This document shows positions 49,534-59,191 of a stretch of DNA of 64,000 nucleotides, piece after piece. Origin of the DNA: a virus; the IMG/VR virus record IMGVR_UViG_3300047480_000598, positions 98,336 to 162,335 of that record. One strand, given 5' to 3'. The first letter of the stretch is position 1; each line of letters opens with the position of its first letter. The position numbers and the translations under genes were made by a program. The notes below the pieces were generated by a model. That model ran no database searches, had not been told where the DNA came from, and saw only the letters and a program-made list of their open reading frames with translations.

Positions 49534-51060
49534 ATGCCATATACTATAAACAAATATAACGGAGATCAGATTACTGTTATTACAGACGGTACTATCGACA
49601 ACAGATTAGACATTAAGTTAATCGGTAAAAACTATGCCGGATATGGTGAAGTACAAAATGAAAATTTTGTGTTCATGCTTGAAAACTTTGCTAATTCATC
49701 TCCTCCTCCGAGACCAATTGCAGGACAAATTTGGTATGATTCATCTAACGGTAAAGTAAAATTTTACGATGGTTTAAAATTTAGAACTATCGGAGGATCC
49801 GAAACCGGAACTGTAGAACCTTCCGGGTTATCTGTTGGAGACTTTTGGTTTGATACAACTAATAATCAATTTTATGTATGGGACGGATCCAAATATGTTT
49901 TAATTGGGCCGCAAGGAATCCCTGGTTCTGCTACTACACAGATGAGATCAAGAAAGGTAACAGATACTTTAGGTAATACACATGCAATTGTTGAAGGTGT
50001 TGCAAACGGAGTTACTGTATTCATTATTAGTTCTGATCCGGTATTTACATTAAAGCCAGGTACAGATGATATTACAGGTTTTTCAAAGATACATGAAGGT
50101 TTAACATTAATTTATACTAATAATGATGATCCAAGTCATATCGGTGAAACAACATCGGCACATCGATTCTGGGGAACTGCTACAAATGCTGAGAGATTGG
50201 GCGGATATACTGAATCTGACTTCGTTAGAACAGGTGATGCAACATTTACTGGTGTAGTATCATTTGGAGATGACGGATTCACAGTAGGATCAACTAATCC
50301 TCCAAAGTTACTTATTAAGAACGAAAGTGCTGAAACGCCAATTTTTAGGAACCAAGCAGGCGGAACAATGAAGTTCCAGACAACTGTAAACTCTACTACT
50401 AGAACTCCGTTGCAGTTAGTTGATCTTAATGTTCGTCCGGGTGAAGATAACGTCACTGATTTAGGTACAGTTTCTTATAAGTTTAAGAAAGTATATGCAT
50501 ATGACTTTGAAGGAACAGCATCTTTAGCTAATAAGATGGTAGTTAATACCGAATTATCACCGGCACCGGCAACTGCAAGTGAATATCAATCTTCGGGAAC
50601 AGTAGTTGTAAGAACTTCTGCACAACAAACAATTAATTCGACAGTAATTCCGGCAGGTGCGATTAAAGGATCGTTCTTTGTAGGTACAGCAACATCGGCA
50701 AATTACGCAGACTTAGCAGAAAAATACTTACCTGATGCTGATTACGAAGTTGGTACAGTAATGGTTGTTGGCGGAGAAAAAGAAATTACAGCAAGCTCAT
50801 ACGGAAAACGTGCAATTGGTGTTATATCTGAAAATCCTGCATATATGATGAATTCAGAATTAGAAGGCGGCGTGTATGTTGCATTAAAAGGAAGAGTTCC
50901 TGTTAAAGTTAGTGGACCTGTTAATAAAGGAGATTCATTAGTAGCAGCAGCAGACGGAACAGCTAGTATAGTTAATACAGTAGATAGTAGAGTATTTGCT
51001 ATTGCATTAGAGTCAAATAGCTCGTTCGACGTCAAATTAGTCGAGTGTGTAATACTTTAA
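49534..51060 (+). CDS. Tail fibre with C-terminal intramolecular-chaperone (peptidase G2-like) domain
   Basis: Same N-terminal module; C-terminal YADLAEKY...IGVISENP...VALKGRVPVKV.GPV.KGD.LV. Confidence 0.75.
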   Translation: MPYTINKYNGDQITVITDGTIDNRLDIKLIGKNYAGYGEVQNENFVFMLENFANSSPPPRPIAGQIWYDSSNGKVKFYDGLKFRTIGGSETGTVEPSGLSVGDFWFDTTNNQFYVWDGSKYVLIGPQGIPGSATTQMRSRKVTDTLGNTHAIVEGVANGVTVFIISSDPVFTLKPGTDDITGFSKIHEGLTLIYTNNDDPSHIGETTSAHRFWGTATNAERLGGYTESDFVRTGDATFTGVVSFGDDGFTVGSTNPPKLLIKNESAETPIFRNQAGGTMKFQTTVNSTTRTPLQLVDLNVRPGEDNVTDLGTVSYKFKKVYAYDFEGTASLANKMVVNTELSPAPATASEYQSSGTVVVRTSAQQTINSTVIPAGAIKGSFFVGTATSANYADLAEKYLPDADYEVGTVMVVGGEKEITASSYGKRAIGVISENPAYMMNSELEGGVYVALKGRVPVKVSGPVNKGDSLVAAADGTASIVNTVDSRVFAIALESNSSFDVKLVECVIL

Positions 51061-51084
51061 GATTAAATAAACAAAGGATAATTT

Positions 51085-51993
51085 ATGGCAGGTAAAAATA
51101 CTCTAATACTAGCGTCGGATTTTAATGCATTGCAATCGTCGGCAGCACTTGTGTTAGGACAAGGATCCGGAACTTATGGGTACGGGCAATCAGTAACTAG
51201 TTCTCAAGTATCAACAGGTACTAGAATTTCGATATCTCAATGGGAAAATTTACGAAATGATTTGTTAAAATGTATACAACATCAAACTGATACTAGTTAT
51301 GCAAACAATTTAACTACGCCTGCTGCAAACGTAACATTAGCATCAGAAATTTATGACGAATACAAGTTAGTATCGGATGCAATTGGACCTGGAAGATTTG
51401 CATTACCTGCTGGACAAGCAACTAGGGCAACTATTAATTCGGCTCAACGGGTGGCGTCGTGGAATACTGTAGTGTCGCATACTGTTGTTGTTAACTTTAC
51501 CGAATCAACAATTTATCCAGGAACATATAATTCACGATACTTCTTTAACTCTGGAGGAAAGATAGAGTTTACTGCAAGTCGAACCGGAGGAAATAGCGGT
51601 TCTAAGAATACATCTTGGACAACTCTATTAACAAACATGGGTACAATTACGTTTGATTATGATACTACATCAACATCAGGACAGGGTACAGGGTCAGGTA
51701 TTGGTTTTTATGATTTAACTACTTCTGATCAAACAATTTTTACTAGAGCATTAACATCGGCTGAATCTTATTATCCAAACAAGTATTACATTAATGCGCG
51801 AGTAAATGATACAACCAATAGAAATCAAATTACTTTTACAATATATTTTGCCGACGATTCAGGACAACCAAATCCACCTTGGGGAACAGACGAATCAGTC
51901 GACGGTACATTAACTAGCACAGTTCAAACATATCGTGCAACCGGTAGTAATGTATCTATTTTACAGCCAACATCACCGACATCCACTTTATAG
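51085..51993 (+). CDS. Putative virion structural protein
   Basis: 302 aa, Thr/Ser/Gly-rich, with GYGQ and RYFFNSGG motifs; TAAATA upstream. Confidence 0.6.
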   Translation: MAGKNTLILASDFNALQSSAALVLGQGSGTYGYGQSVTSSQVSTGTRISISQWENLRNDLLKCIQHQTDTSYANNLTTPAANVTLASEIYDEYKLVSDAIGPGRFALPAGQATRATINSAQRVASWNTVVSHTVVVNFTESTIYPGTYNSRYFFNSGGKIEFTASRTGGNSGSKNTSWTTLLTNMGTITFDYDTTSTSGQGTGSGIGFYDLTTSDQTIFTRALTSAESYYPNKYYINARVNDTTNRNQITFTIYFADDSGQPNPPWGTDESVDGTLTSTVQTYRATGSNVSILQPTSPTSTL

Positions 51994-52005
51994 TAATCTT
52001 AATAC

Positions 52006-52042
52006 TTGACCTGATAATTATTTTAGTGTAAAATCACTAAAA
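52006..52042 (+). promoter_or_regulatory. Sigma70-like promoter with an inverted repeat around the -10
   Basis: TTGACC-N17-TAAAAT; TTTTAGTG and CACTAAAA flank the -10 hexamer. Confidence 0.5.
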
Positions 52043-52052
52043 GAGGTTAAGT

Positions 52053-52403
52053 ATGGATGAAAAAGTTGAAAAAGCCTTTGATGTAGCAAATTATATTGCA
52101 TCTTTATCAAATCAAAGACGTGTTATTTTAGAAGAATTTGAACAAAAAACTGTATACTACATTAACGGTGGTACTTTTAAAATAACTCCTGAATTAATAT
52201 CTTTTACTAATTTAATGATTCATCGAGGAATTGTTAAGGATGCAGCCTTTATTGATGCAAATAATTTTCCTGTAATTGTAAATGATGTTAATAAATTTTA
52301 CGATGATGTTGTAAATACCTATTTTAATGCAGTAAACGAGTATGCTACTCGATTTGCAGACATAAAAAACAAAAGAAGAGTAGAGGATATTGTCTCGTTA
52401 TGA
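52053..52403 (+). CDS. Hypothetical protein
   Basis: 116-aa ORF with a GAGG RBS; first gene of the glycosyltransferase cluster. Confidence 0.7.
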   Translation: MDEKVEKAFDVANYIASLSNQRRVILEEFEQKTVYYINGGTFKITPELISFTNLMIHRGIVKDAAFIDANNFPVIVNDVNKFYDDVVNTYFNAVNEYATRFADIKNKRRVEDIVSL

Positions 52404-53239
52404 ATGGAGCAGTAATCTTTGCTCAAAATAATGGAATTATTGACTACAGTAAACTAGCATACTTTTGTGCAGTACGAATTAAGAAGTATTTAGATCTTCC
52501 TGTTAGCATTATTACAGATAATCCTGATTCTTTTTTAGAATATCCTAAAGATACATTCGATAGGATCATCAAGATTCCATACGAAAATTGTACACAAAAA
52601 TTGTTTTATGACGGTACATTAAGTTCTAAAAAAGTAGAATGGAAAAATACCTCACGAAATCAAGTATACGAACTTACACCTTATCAAAAAACTCTAGTAA
52701 TTGACAGTGATTTTATTATCAATTCTTCAAAATTAAAACAAGCATTCGACCGAGATGCATTGTTTCAAATTTATCACAATAGCTTTGACTTGTCTCAATG
52801 GAGAAAAGACGAGTATTTTACTCGGGTAAATCCATATTCTGTCCCATTCTATTGGGCAACTGCATTTGTATTTGAAAAACATCCGGTAATGGAATGTTTC
52901 TTTACTTTGATAAATTACATAAAAGAAAACTGGGGCTACTTCAAAGTATTATATAACATTGAATCGATCTTATATCGAAATGATTATTCGTTTAGTATTG
53001 CAATTCACATAATGAATGGTAAAACAAACGGTGAATTTGCAACAGAATTACCCGGTAAAATGACATATATTTTAGAGCAAGATTACTTGATCGATATGAA
53101 TGACACTGATATGCAATTTTTAATTCAAAAACCAAATAGTTATGGTGAATATCTTGCAGTAAAAACATCAGGAATAGATGTTCACGTAATGAATAAAATG
53201 AGCCTTTTAAGATTTATCGATGGAGGTACCGGTGTCTAA
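52400..53239 (+). CDS. GT-A fold glycosyltransferase-like protein
   Basis: Motifs TPYQKTLVIDSDF (DxD), RNDYSFSIA and HVMNK. Confidence 0.7.
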   Translation: MNGAVIFAQNNGIIDYSKLAYFCAVRIKKYLDLPVSIITDNPDSFLEYPKDTFDRIIKIPYENCTQKLFYDGTLSSKKVEWKNTSRNQVYELTPYQKTLVIDSDFIINSSKLKQAFDRDALFQIYHNSFDLSQWRKDEYFTRVNPYSVPFYWATAFVFEKHPVMECFFTLINYIKENWGYFKVLYNIESILYRNDYSFSIAIHIMNGKTNGEFATELPGKMTYILEQDYLIDMNDTDMQFLIQKPNSYGEYLAVKTSGIDVHVMNKMSLLRFIDGGTGV

Positions 53240-54092
53240 AGGATTTTTAATATTTGCACAAAATACGAAAGATACAAATTATGTTCAGCAAGCGTATGCT
53301 CTAGCATTATCTATTAAAAATAGTCAAAAAAACGTAACAAATGTGTCTTTAGTTACTAACGATAAAGTAATTAAAAAACACCAAAAAGTATTTGATCATA
53401 TAATTGAAATTCCTTGGGTTAACACAGAAGAAGTTACAAGATATAGAGGGGAACATAGATGGAAATTATATCATGTAACTCCGTACGACGAAACAATTGT
53501 ATTAGATTCGGATATGTTAATATTAGAAGATATCTCGCAATGGTGGGATTATTGTAGTAATTATAATCTAAAATTTTGTTCGAGAATTAAAAATTATAAA
53601 TTAGAAGTAGTTAATGATACAACTAATGTTTACCGAAAAACATTTACTGCAAACAATTTGCCAAGTCCGTATTATGCATTGCATTATTTTAAAAAATGCC
53701 AAGAAACACACGACTTTTATAAAATTTTGGAATTTGTATGTAATAACTGGCAATGGTGTTATGATCGATTTGCATTAAAAGAATATCAAGATTGTTTAAG
53801 TATGGATTTAGCAACAGCAATAGCAATTGAAATATTTGGAGTTAACGAAACAGTTATTGACGACTGTTCTCCCTTAGAATTTATACATCTAAAACCAGGG
53901 ATACAAGGATGGCCGATATTATTTGAAAGTTGGCAAGATGCTGTACCGTGTGCATTTAATTCTAGAGGAGAATTAGTAATCGGTAATATTAAACAGTCGA
54001 AGATTGCACATTACATAGAAAATAGTTTCTTAACATCGCAAATGATTAAAAAGTTAGAAGGATTAGTAAATGGCAAAGAAAAAGTTCATTGA
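53232..54092 (+). CDS. GT-A fold glycosyltransferase-like protein (GT8-like)
   Basis: Motifs AYALALSIK, TPYDETIVLDSDML (DxD) and FIHLK; paralog of the previous gene. Likely GTG start at 53232 after GGAGG. Confidence 0.75.
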   Translation: MSKGFLIFAQNTKDTNYVQQAYALALSIKNSQKNVTNVSLVTNDKVIKKHQKVFDHIIEIPWVNTEEVTRYRGEHRWKLYHVTPYDETIVLDSDMLILEDISQWWDYCSNYNLKFCSRIKNYKLEVVNDTTNVYRKTFTANNLPSPYYALHYFKKCQETHDFYKILEFVCNNWQWCYDRFALKEYQDCLSMDLATAIAIEIFGVNETVIDDCSPLEFIHLKPGIQGWPILFESWQDAVPCAFNSRGELVIGNIKQSKIAHYIENSFLTSQMIKKLEGLVNGKEKVH

Positions 54093-54660
54093 CATTCCAG
54101 TAAAATTTTATGCATTTTACGATCAAAAGTCCGGTGAAATTTTATCAGTGTCTAACGAAAAAAGTATCGACTATGAACACGGAATAGAAATACCGCAATA
54201 TGAAGCAACAAAGTTAATATCAGGAGAATGGAAATTTTCTGAATATATTGTTGGCAGAAAGAAGCAGAATGGTATTACAATTAAATGTATAATGCCGGTA
54301 TTAGATCAAGATTATGTGTTTCGAAATAATGTATTCGAATGGATCGAAGAAACAAAAAAGTTTTCTGAGTTAGTAGTAGAATGGAATTTACCAAAAAAGA
54401 AATGGGTAGTTTCTTTAGATAGCTCTGTAAAAGAACATTACAAAACAGAGCTTTTACTTTCAAAAATAGTAATCTTTATTACATTAGAAAATGATTTTGA
54501 TTTTTTAATTCGAACTATGTATATTGATATAAAAGATTTATTAGATTTAGAAAACATTGAATTTCAGTTTACAAGTAAAAAAGAATTAGATATTACAAAG
54601 TTATCGATATCTTCAAAGATAGTATTTAAATCATACGGGCTAAAAACAGTATATGAGTAA
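54070..54660 (+). CDS. Hypothetical protein
   Basis: 196-aa ORF overlapping both neighbours. Confidence 0.7.
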   Translation: MAKKKFIDIPVKFYAFYDQKSGEILSVSNEKSIDYEHGIEIPQYEATKLISGEWKFSEYIVGRKKQNGITIKCIMPVLDQDYVFRNNVFEWIEETKKFSELVVEWNLPKKKWVVSLDSSVKEHYKTELLLSKIVIFITLENDFDFLIRTMYIDIKDLLDLENIEFQFTSKKELDITKLSISSKIVFKSYGLKTVYE

Positions 54661-55558
54661 CATAATTAAGATTATAGATCAAGATATAATTTTCCTCAGC
54701 TATGACGAACCGAACGCTGAAAAAAACTATGCAGATTTATTAAGTAAAATTCCGTGGGCAAAGAGAGTACACGGAGTAAAAGGTAGTGATGCAGCTCATA
54801 AGGCATGTGCAGCAGAAAGTGAAACAGAATATTTTGTTACAGTTGATGCCGATAATATAGTAGATCCAAAGTTTTTGAGATTAGAACTAAATTTAGATGA
54901 GTTAGGATTAACAAAAGATCATGTTTTTAGTTGGTGCGGAAAAGTTCATGTTAACGGATTAATGTACGGTAACGGAGGTTTAAAAATGTGGACTCGAAAG
55001 TTTGTTAACGAAATGAGAACACATGAAAATTCGGATCCTGATGATATTAAAGGAAAAGTTGAATTTTGTTTTGATGAGAGGTATTTTCAGTTCAACGAGT
55101 GCTATTCTGAAAGCTATACAAATGCAAGCCCGTTTCAAGCATGGAGAGCAGGATTTCGAGAAGGCGTAAAGATGAGCCTTGATCAAGGTGCAAAAGCATT
55201 AGATATTAAAAAAGTTTGGTGGCAAAATTATCAGCGATTGTTAATTTGGTGTAGTGTCGGCATGGATGTTCAACACGGAATATGGTCTATATATGGTGCA
55301 CGAGAAGGTGCATATCTTACAAATTGTACTGATTGGGATTATAGTCTAGTTAGAGATTTTGATTGGTTAACAGAACAATGGGAATCAAAATATAGCAAGT
55401 ATACTATAGATTTAGATATGTTGCCTTACGAAGTGTTAGGATTAGGACACACTTTAAAAAGAGAATGTGGATTAGAAATTGCCGATCTAGAGCCCGACAG
55501 TTCTACATTCTTCAAAACAGTATATAATAACAATAGACGAATTTTGAGAAGAGATTAA
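54653..55558 (+). CDS. GT-A-like glycosyltransferase
   Basis: Motifs IIFLSYDEPNAE, RVHGVKG..AAH, FVTVDADN (DxD), YGNGG and AWRAGFREG.K. Confidence 0.7.
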   Translation: MSNIIKIIDQDIIFLSYDEPNAEKNYADLLSKIPWAKRVHGVKGSDAAHKACAAESETEYFVTVDADNIVDPKFLRLELNLDELGLTKDHVFSWCGKVHVNGLMYGNGGLKMWTRKFVNEMRTHENSDPDDIKGKVEFCFDERYFQFNECYSESYTNASPFQAWRAGFREGVKMSLDQGAKALDIKKVWWQNYQRLLIWCSVGMDVQHGIWSIYGAREGAYLTNCTDWDYSLVRDFDWLTEQWESKYSKYTIDLDMLPYEVLGLGHTLKRECGLEIADLEPDSSTFFKTVYNNNRRILRRD

Positions 55559-57555
55559 TGTACGATATATTTTACATATCGGATATTCCTGCAGGGTTAA
55601 AAAAACTTCGTACACGTTATCCTTTTGCAAAACACGCTAGCACATTAACAGAAGCAAAATCTCAGGCTTTTACATCGATGTTTTGGGTAGTATGGGATGA
55701 CATCGTTTTAAAGGATAGTTTTAACTTTGATTACGAAGTTCCGACTTGGGATCAAGAATACATACATGTGTTTAAAAATGACACTACTTTTAACGGTGTG
55801 TGTTTAGTACCTAAAACAGCATCGATATCTGAGAGAGAATTTCAATATCGATTTTTTCTAAACAAAAAAGAAGTTGATATACAATCTAGTACACCACTTA
55901 AAATTTATGATATTTTTGAAATCGATACATATCAAGAATATCTAGATGCATTAGAAAATACTACAACTGAGATGTTTTGGATGACGTCAAAAAACATCAG
56001 TCCGGTTGATGATTTTAAATTTGATATATTTTTTACAAAACGAACAAATGAATTTTATCAGGATCGAAATTCAAATCATGCATTTATACATGAAGAAGAT
56101 GAGAAAGAGACGTATGACGGAATTTTTCTATTAAGTAAAAATGTCCAGTTAAGTAAAAAAGAAATAGAATTTAGGTTTCCGGTTAATAGGAAAGAATGGA
56201 ACATTGTAGCAAGTAAACCAAAGCTATATGACATCTTCACAATTGATACATATCAAGAATATCTAGATGCGTTAGAAAATACCACAACTGAGATGTTTTG
56301 GATGACATCGAAGAATATTACACCAGTTGATAATTTTAAATTTGATTTATATTTTTCAAAAAAGAATCATAATCATGATTATGATAGAGAATATAATCAT
56401 GCATTTATACATCAAGAAGATGGAAACGAAACATATGATGGAATCTTTTTATTAAGTAAAAATGTTCAATTAAGCAAGCGAGAAATAGAATTTAGATTTC
56501 CAGTTAATAGAAAAGAGTGGAATATTGTAGCAAGTAAACCAAAACTGTATGATCAATTTATAGTTGAAAATTATAATGACTATCTTAATGCATTTCGAAA
56601 AACAACTACTGAACTGTTCTGGGTTATTCCTTCAGAAGTTGAACCATTAGATACATTTAATTTTGATCTATACTATACACAGAAGTCTCAAAAGTACGAA
56701 TATGAAAGAAGCATGAATCATGTTTTTAAGAATATATTTGGCAATAAAGAAGTGTATACCGGATCAATAATGTTAATGACATCCGAAAAACCCGTTACAG
56801 AAAGGGAAATAAATTTTAGATTTTTAATGGATAAAATCGAACATAATATCATTGCATCGAAAACAAAATTATATGATATAGTCTTTATCAGCTATAACGA
56901 GCCAAATGCTGATGAAAATTATAAAATTCTTAAATCAAAATATCCATTTGCTAAACGTGTACACAAAGTTAAAGGAATACATAAAGCACATATAGAAGCA
57001 GCAAAAAAAGCAACTACTCATATGTTTTGGGTAGTAGACGGTGATGCTATCATAGAGGATAATTTTAAGTTTGATTATTTAGTTACTAGATACGAGAGAG
57101 ATATTGTACATACATGGAATAGTAAAAATCCTATGAATAATCTAATTTATGGATACGGAGGAGTAAAACTGTTGCCCAGAGATCTAACACTGAATATGGA
57201 TGTTAATACCCCTGATATGACAACAGCAATAAGCAAAAGATTTAAGGTTGTAAATGAAGTTTCAAATATAACAGCATTTAATACAGATCCATTTAATACA
57301 TGGAAATCGGCATTTCGAGAATGTGCAAAACTCGCATCAAAAACTATTCAAGGACAAGTTAATGCAGAAACTGAAGAAAGATTGAATGTATGGTGTACGG
57401 TTGCCGAAGGACCATTTGCAATTAATGCTATCCAAGGTGCAAGAGCAGGTAGATTATATGGAGAAGAAAATGCCGGAAATTTACCGGCACTTTCAAAAAT
57501 TAACGATTTTAAATGGTTAGAGGAAAAGTTTAAACTGACATCGGTGCTACGATAG
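55558..57555 (+). CDS. GT-A-like protein with N-terminal tandem repeats
   Basis: The C-terminal domain is paralogous to 54653..55558 (ISYNEPNA, WVVDGDA, YGYGG, WKSAFRE.AK) and is preceded by four ~107-115-aa repeats. Confidence 0.7.
   Translation: MYDIFYISDIPAGLKKLRTRYPFAKHASTLTEAKSQAFTSMFWVVWDDIVLKDSFNFDYEVPTWDQEYIHVFKNDTTFNGVCLVPKTASISEREFQYRFFLNKKEVDIQSSTPLKIYDIFEIDTYQEYLDALENTTTEMFWMTSKNISPVDDFKFDIFFTKRTNEFYQDRNSNHAFIHEEDEKETYDGIFLLSKNVQLSKKEIEFRFPVNRKEWNIVASKPKLYDIFTIDTYQEYLDALENTTTEMFWMTSKNITPVDNFKFDLYFSKKNHNHDYDREYNHAFIHQEDGNETYDGIFLLSKNVQLSKREIEFRFPVNRKEWNIVASKPKLYDQFIVENYNDYLNAFRKTTTELFWVIPSEVEPLDTFNFDLYYTQKSQKYEYERSMNHVFKNIFGNKEVYTGSIMLMTSEKPVTEREINFRFLMDKIEHNIIASKTKLYDIVFISYNEPNADENYKILKSKYPFAKRVHKVKGIHKAHIEAAKKATTHMFWVVDGDAIIEDNFKFDYLVTRYERDIVHTWNSKNPMNNLIYGYGGVKLLPRDLTLNMDVNTPDMTTAISKRFKVVNEVSNITAFNTDPFNTWKSAFRECAKLASKTIQGQVNAETEERLNVWCTVAEGPFAINAIQGARAGRLYGEENAGNLPALSKINDFKWLEEKFKLTSVLR
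55906..56550 (+). repeat. Intragenic tandem duplication with a 321-nt period
   Basis: GATACATATCAAGAATATCTAGATGC occurs at 55924 and 56245; the two translated units are near-identical. Confidence 0.9.
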
Positions 57556-58402
57556 CAGGATGCGGATCGTAATTTTCTAGTTTAAAATCATCTATATTAT
57601 ATTCGTCAAATTTCTTACCTACTGTAAAATATAAAGTAGGAAGATCTTTCGGTTCTCTAGTTAATTGTTCTTTTACAGCATCAAGATGGTCTTTGTAAAT
57701 ATGACAATCGCCACCTGTCCAAATAAAATCTCCTACTTTTAAATCGCATTCTCTAGCAATAATGTGTGTAAGTAAGCTATAACTTGCAATGTTAAACGGG
57801 ACTCCTAAAAACATGTCGCAACTACGCTGATATAGTTGACAGCTTAAATATCCATCTGTAACATCAAATTGACACATAACATGACAAGGAGGAAGAGCCA
57901 TTAAATCTAATTCTCCAGGATTCCATGCAGTAAGAATATGCCTGCGACTATCGGGTGCAGTCTTAATACCATTAATTAATTCTTGTAATTGATCGATCAC
58001 AACTGGCTCGAAAGTGCTTGAATTAAGCCATTTACGATGCGGAGTTCTCCAGTGTCTCCATTGTACACCGTATATACGTCCTAAATCTCCGTCGGTTTTT
58101 GCCATCGGTTTCCAGTATTCGGAATTTGCATTTGCTGACCAAATAGTACTTCTATCAGTAGCACTAGTGCCGTACAAAATCTCTTTTAGCCTAAGTTCGC
58201 TGCCAGACCCTTCTAAAAACCACAGCAGCTCGCTTACTACAGCGCGCCATGCTAGCTTTTTTGTTGTTACAGCAGGAAAACCCAGTCTAAGGTCAAAACG
58301 TAGCTGCATGCCGAATATACTAAGCGTACCTGTTCCTGTACGATCAGTTTTTTCTTTGCCGTTTTCTAAAATTTGTTTAAGTGCTTCGTTGTATTGCTTC
58401 AT
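57530..58402 (-). CDS. thyA: Thymidylate synthase
   Basis: Motifs DRTGTGT, ELLWFL, MALPPCH and QRSCDMFLGVPFNIASY; no intron. Confidence 0.97.
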   Translation of the reverse strand: MKQYNEALKQILENGKEKTDRTGTGTLSIFGMQLRFDLRLGFPAVTTKKLAWRAVVSELLWFLEGSGSELRLKEILYGTSATDRSTIWSANANSEYWKPMAKTDGDLGRIYGVQWRHWRTPHRKWLNSSTFEPVVIDQLQELINGIKTAPDSRRHILTAWNPGELDLMALPPCHVMCQFDVTDGYLSCQLYQRSCDMFLGVPFNIASYSLLTHIIARECDLKVGDFIWTGGDCHIYKDHLDAVKEQLTREPKDLPTLYFTVGKKFDEYNIDDFKLENYDPHPAIVAPMSV

Positions 58403-58874
58403 ATTCCTCTACCTTGCAAGATCCTAAATCTCTAGTATTAGTTAGTATAAAGCCTTCTAAGAAGTTTTCTAAATTGATTTGAGTATCTGCATCATATATT
58501 CCAGGAATACGAGTAATGTATAATTTTTCTAAAACAGGTTTTGCCTGCAATAGAATATTAACTCCACCGATGACAAAAACATCTTTATCTAAATATTGAA
58601 GAGTTAATAATTTTAGTGCATCTGGTACATTTCCGGAGAATACAACATCTGCATGTTTAATTTCGGTGCAATTGTTTGCAATTACAACATTTGTTCTTTT
58701 TGGAAGAGGCTTGGGCATATCGGGACTATTCCATGTAGTTTTACCCATTACTACAATGTGATTTAAAGTAGTTTCTCTAAACCATTTAAAGTCTTCTTTA
58801 TTTGGAGGCCAAGGCATTCCGCCGTTATTTCCGACACCACTGTTATCATCAACAGCAAACATACCTATAATCAT
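58377..58874 (-). CDS. frd: Dihydrofolate reductase
   Basis: Motifs MPWP..KEDFKWF, VVMGKTTWNS, PLPKRTNVV and VIGG. Confidence 0.95.
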   Translation of the reverse strand: MIIGMFAVDDNSGVGNNGGMPWPPNKEDFKWFRETTLNHIVVMGKTTWNSPDMPKPLPKRTNVVIANNCTEIKHADVVFSGNVPDALKLLTLQYLDKDVFVIGGVNILLQAKPVLEKLYITRIPGIYDADTQINLENFLEGFILTNTRDLGSCKVEEYEAIQRST

Positions 58875-59191
58875 ATATTTTTTTTATTGAAGAATTTTTG
58901 AGTTTTTTTCTTGATGTCTTTTTTAACTTTTTCGATATCTAATTGAAAGTCGATATCAATGATTGATGTTTCGTAGTTTTGAACAAGCTCACTAAGTGTT
59001 TGTTCAAATGTTTCCCATCCATCTTTTTTTATTTTTGAAGTTACTTTAATTTCCCAACTTTTTCCATCTTGAAAATTAATTAAGACAGAATGAAGATATT
59101 GAAGAGGCAACACATTAATTGTTACCTCTTCGAATACTTCTGGCCAGTAATCGATTGCTTCTTTAGGAAGGATCCGTCCCTTATTAATCAC
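58871..59191 (-). CDS. Hypothetical protein
   Basis: 106-aa ORF with a GTG start, coupled to its neighbours. Confidence 0.7.
   Translation of the reverse strand: MINKGRILPKEAIDYWPEVFEEVTINVLPLQYLHSVLINFQDGKSWEIKVTSKIKKDGWETFEQTLSELVQNYETSIIDIDFQLDIEKVKKDIKKKTQKFFNKKNI

Noticed and set aside
55906-56550. Diversity-generating retroelement TR/VR pair
   Set aside because: Both copies are in-frame coding units, the differences are mostly synonymous and not adenine-specific, and no reverse transcriptase is in the window.
57530-57555. 26-bp convergent overlap of thyA and the GT gene
   Set aside because: Short tail-to-tail overlaps are common in compact phage genomes, and I saw no further signal.
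57530-58402. Intron-split td or a hydroxymethylase for modified bases
   Set aside because: The ORF is continuous, has canonical ThyA motifs including the dUMP-specifying Asn (PFNIASY), and is paired with DHFR.
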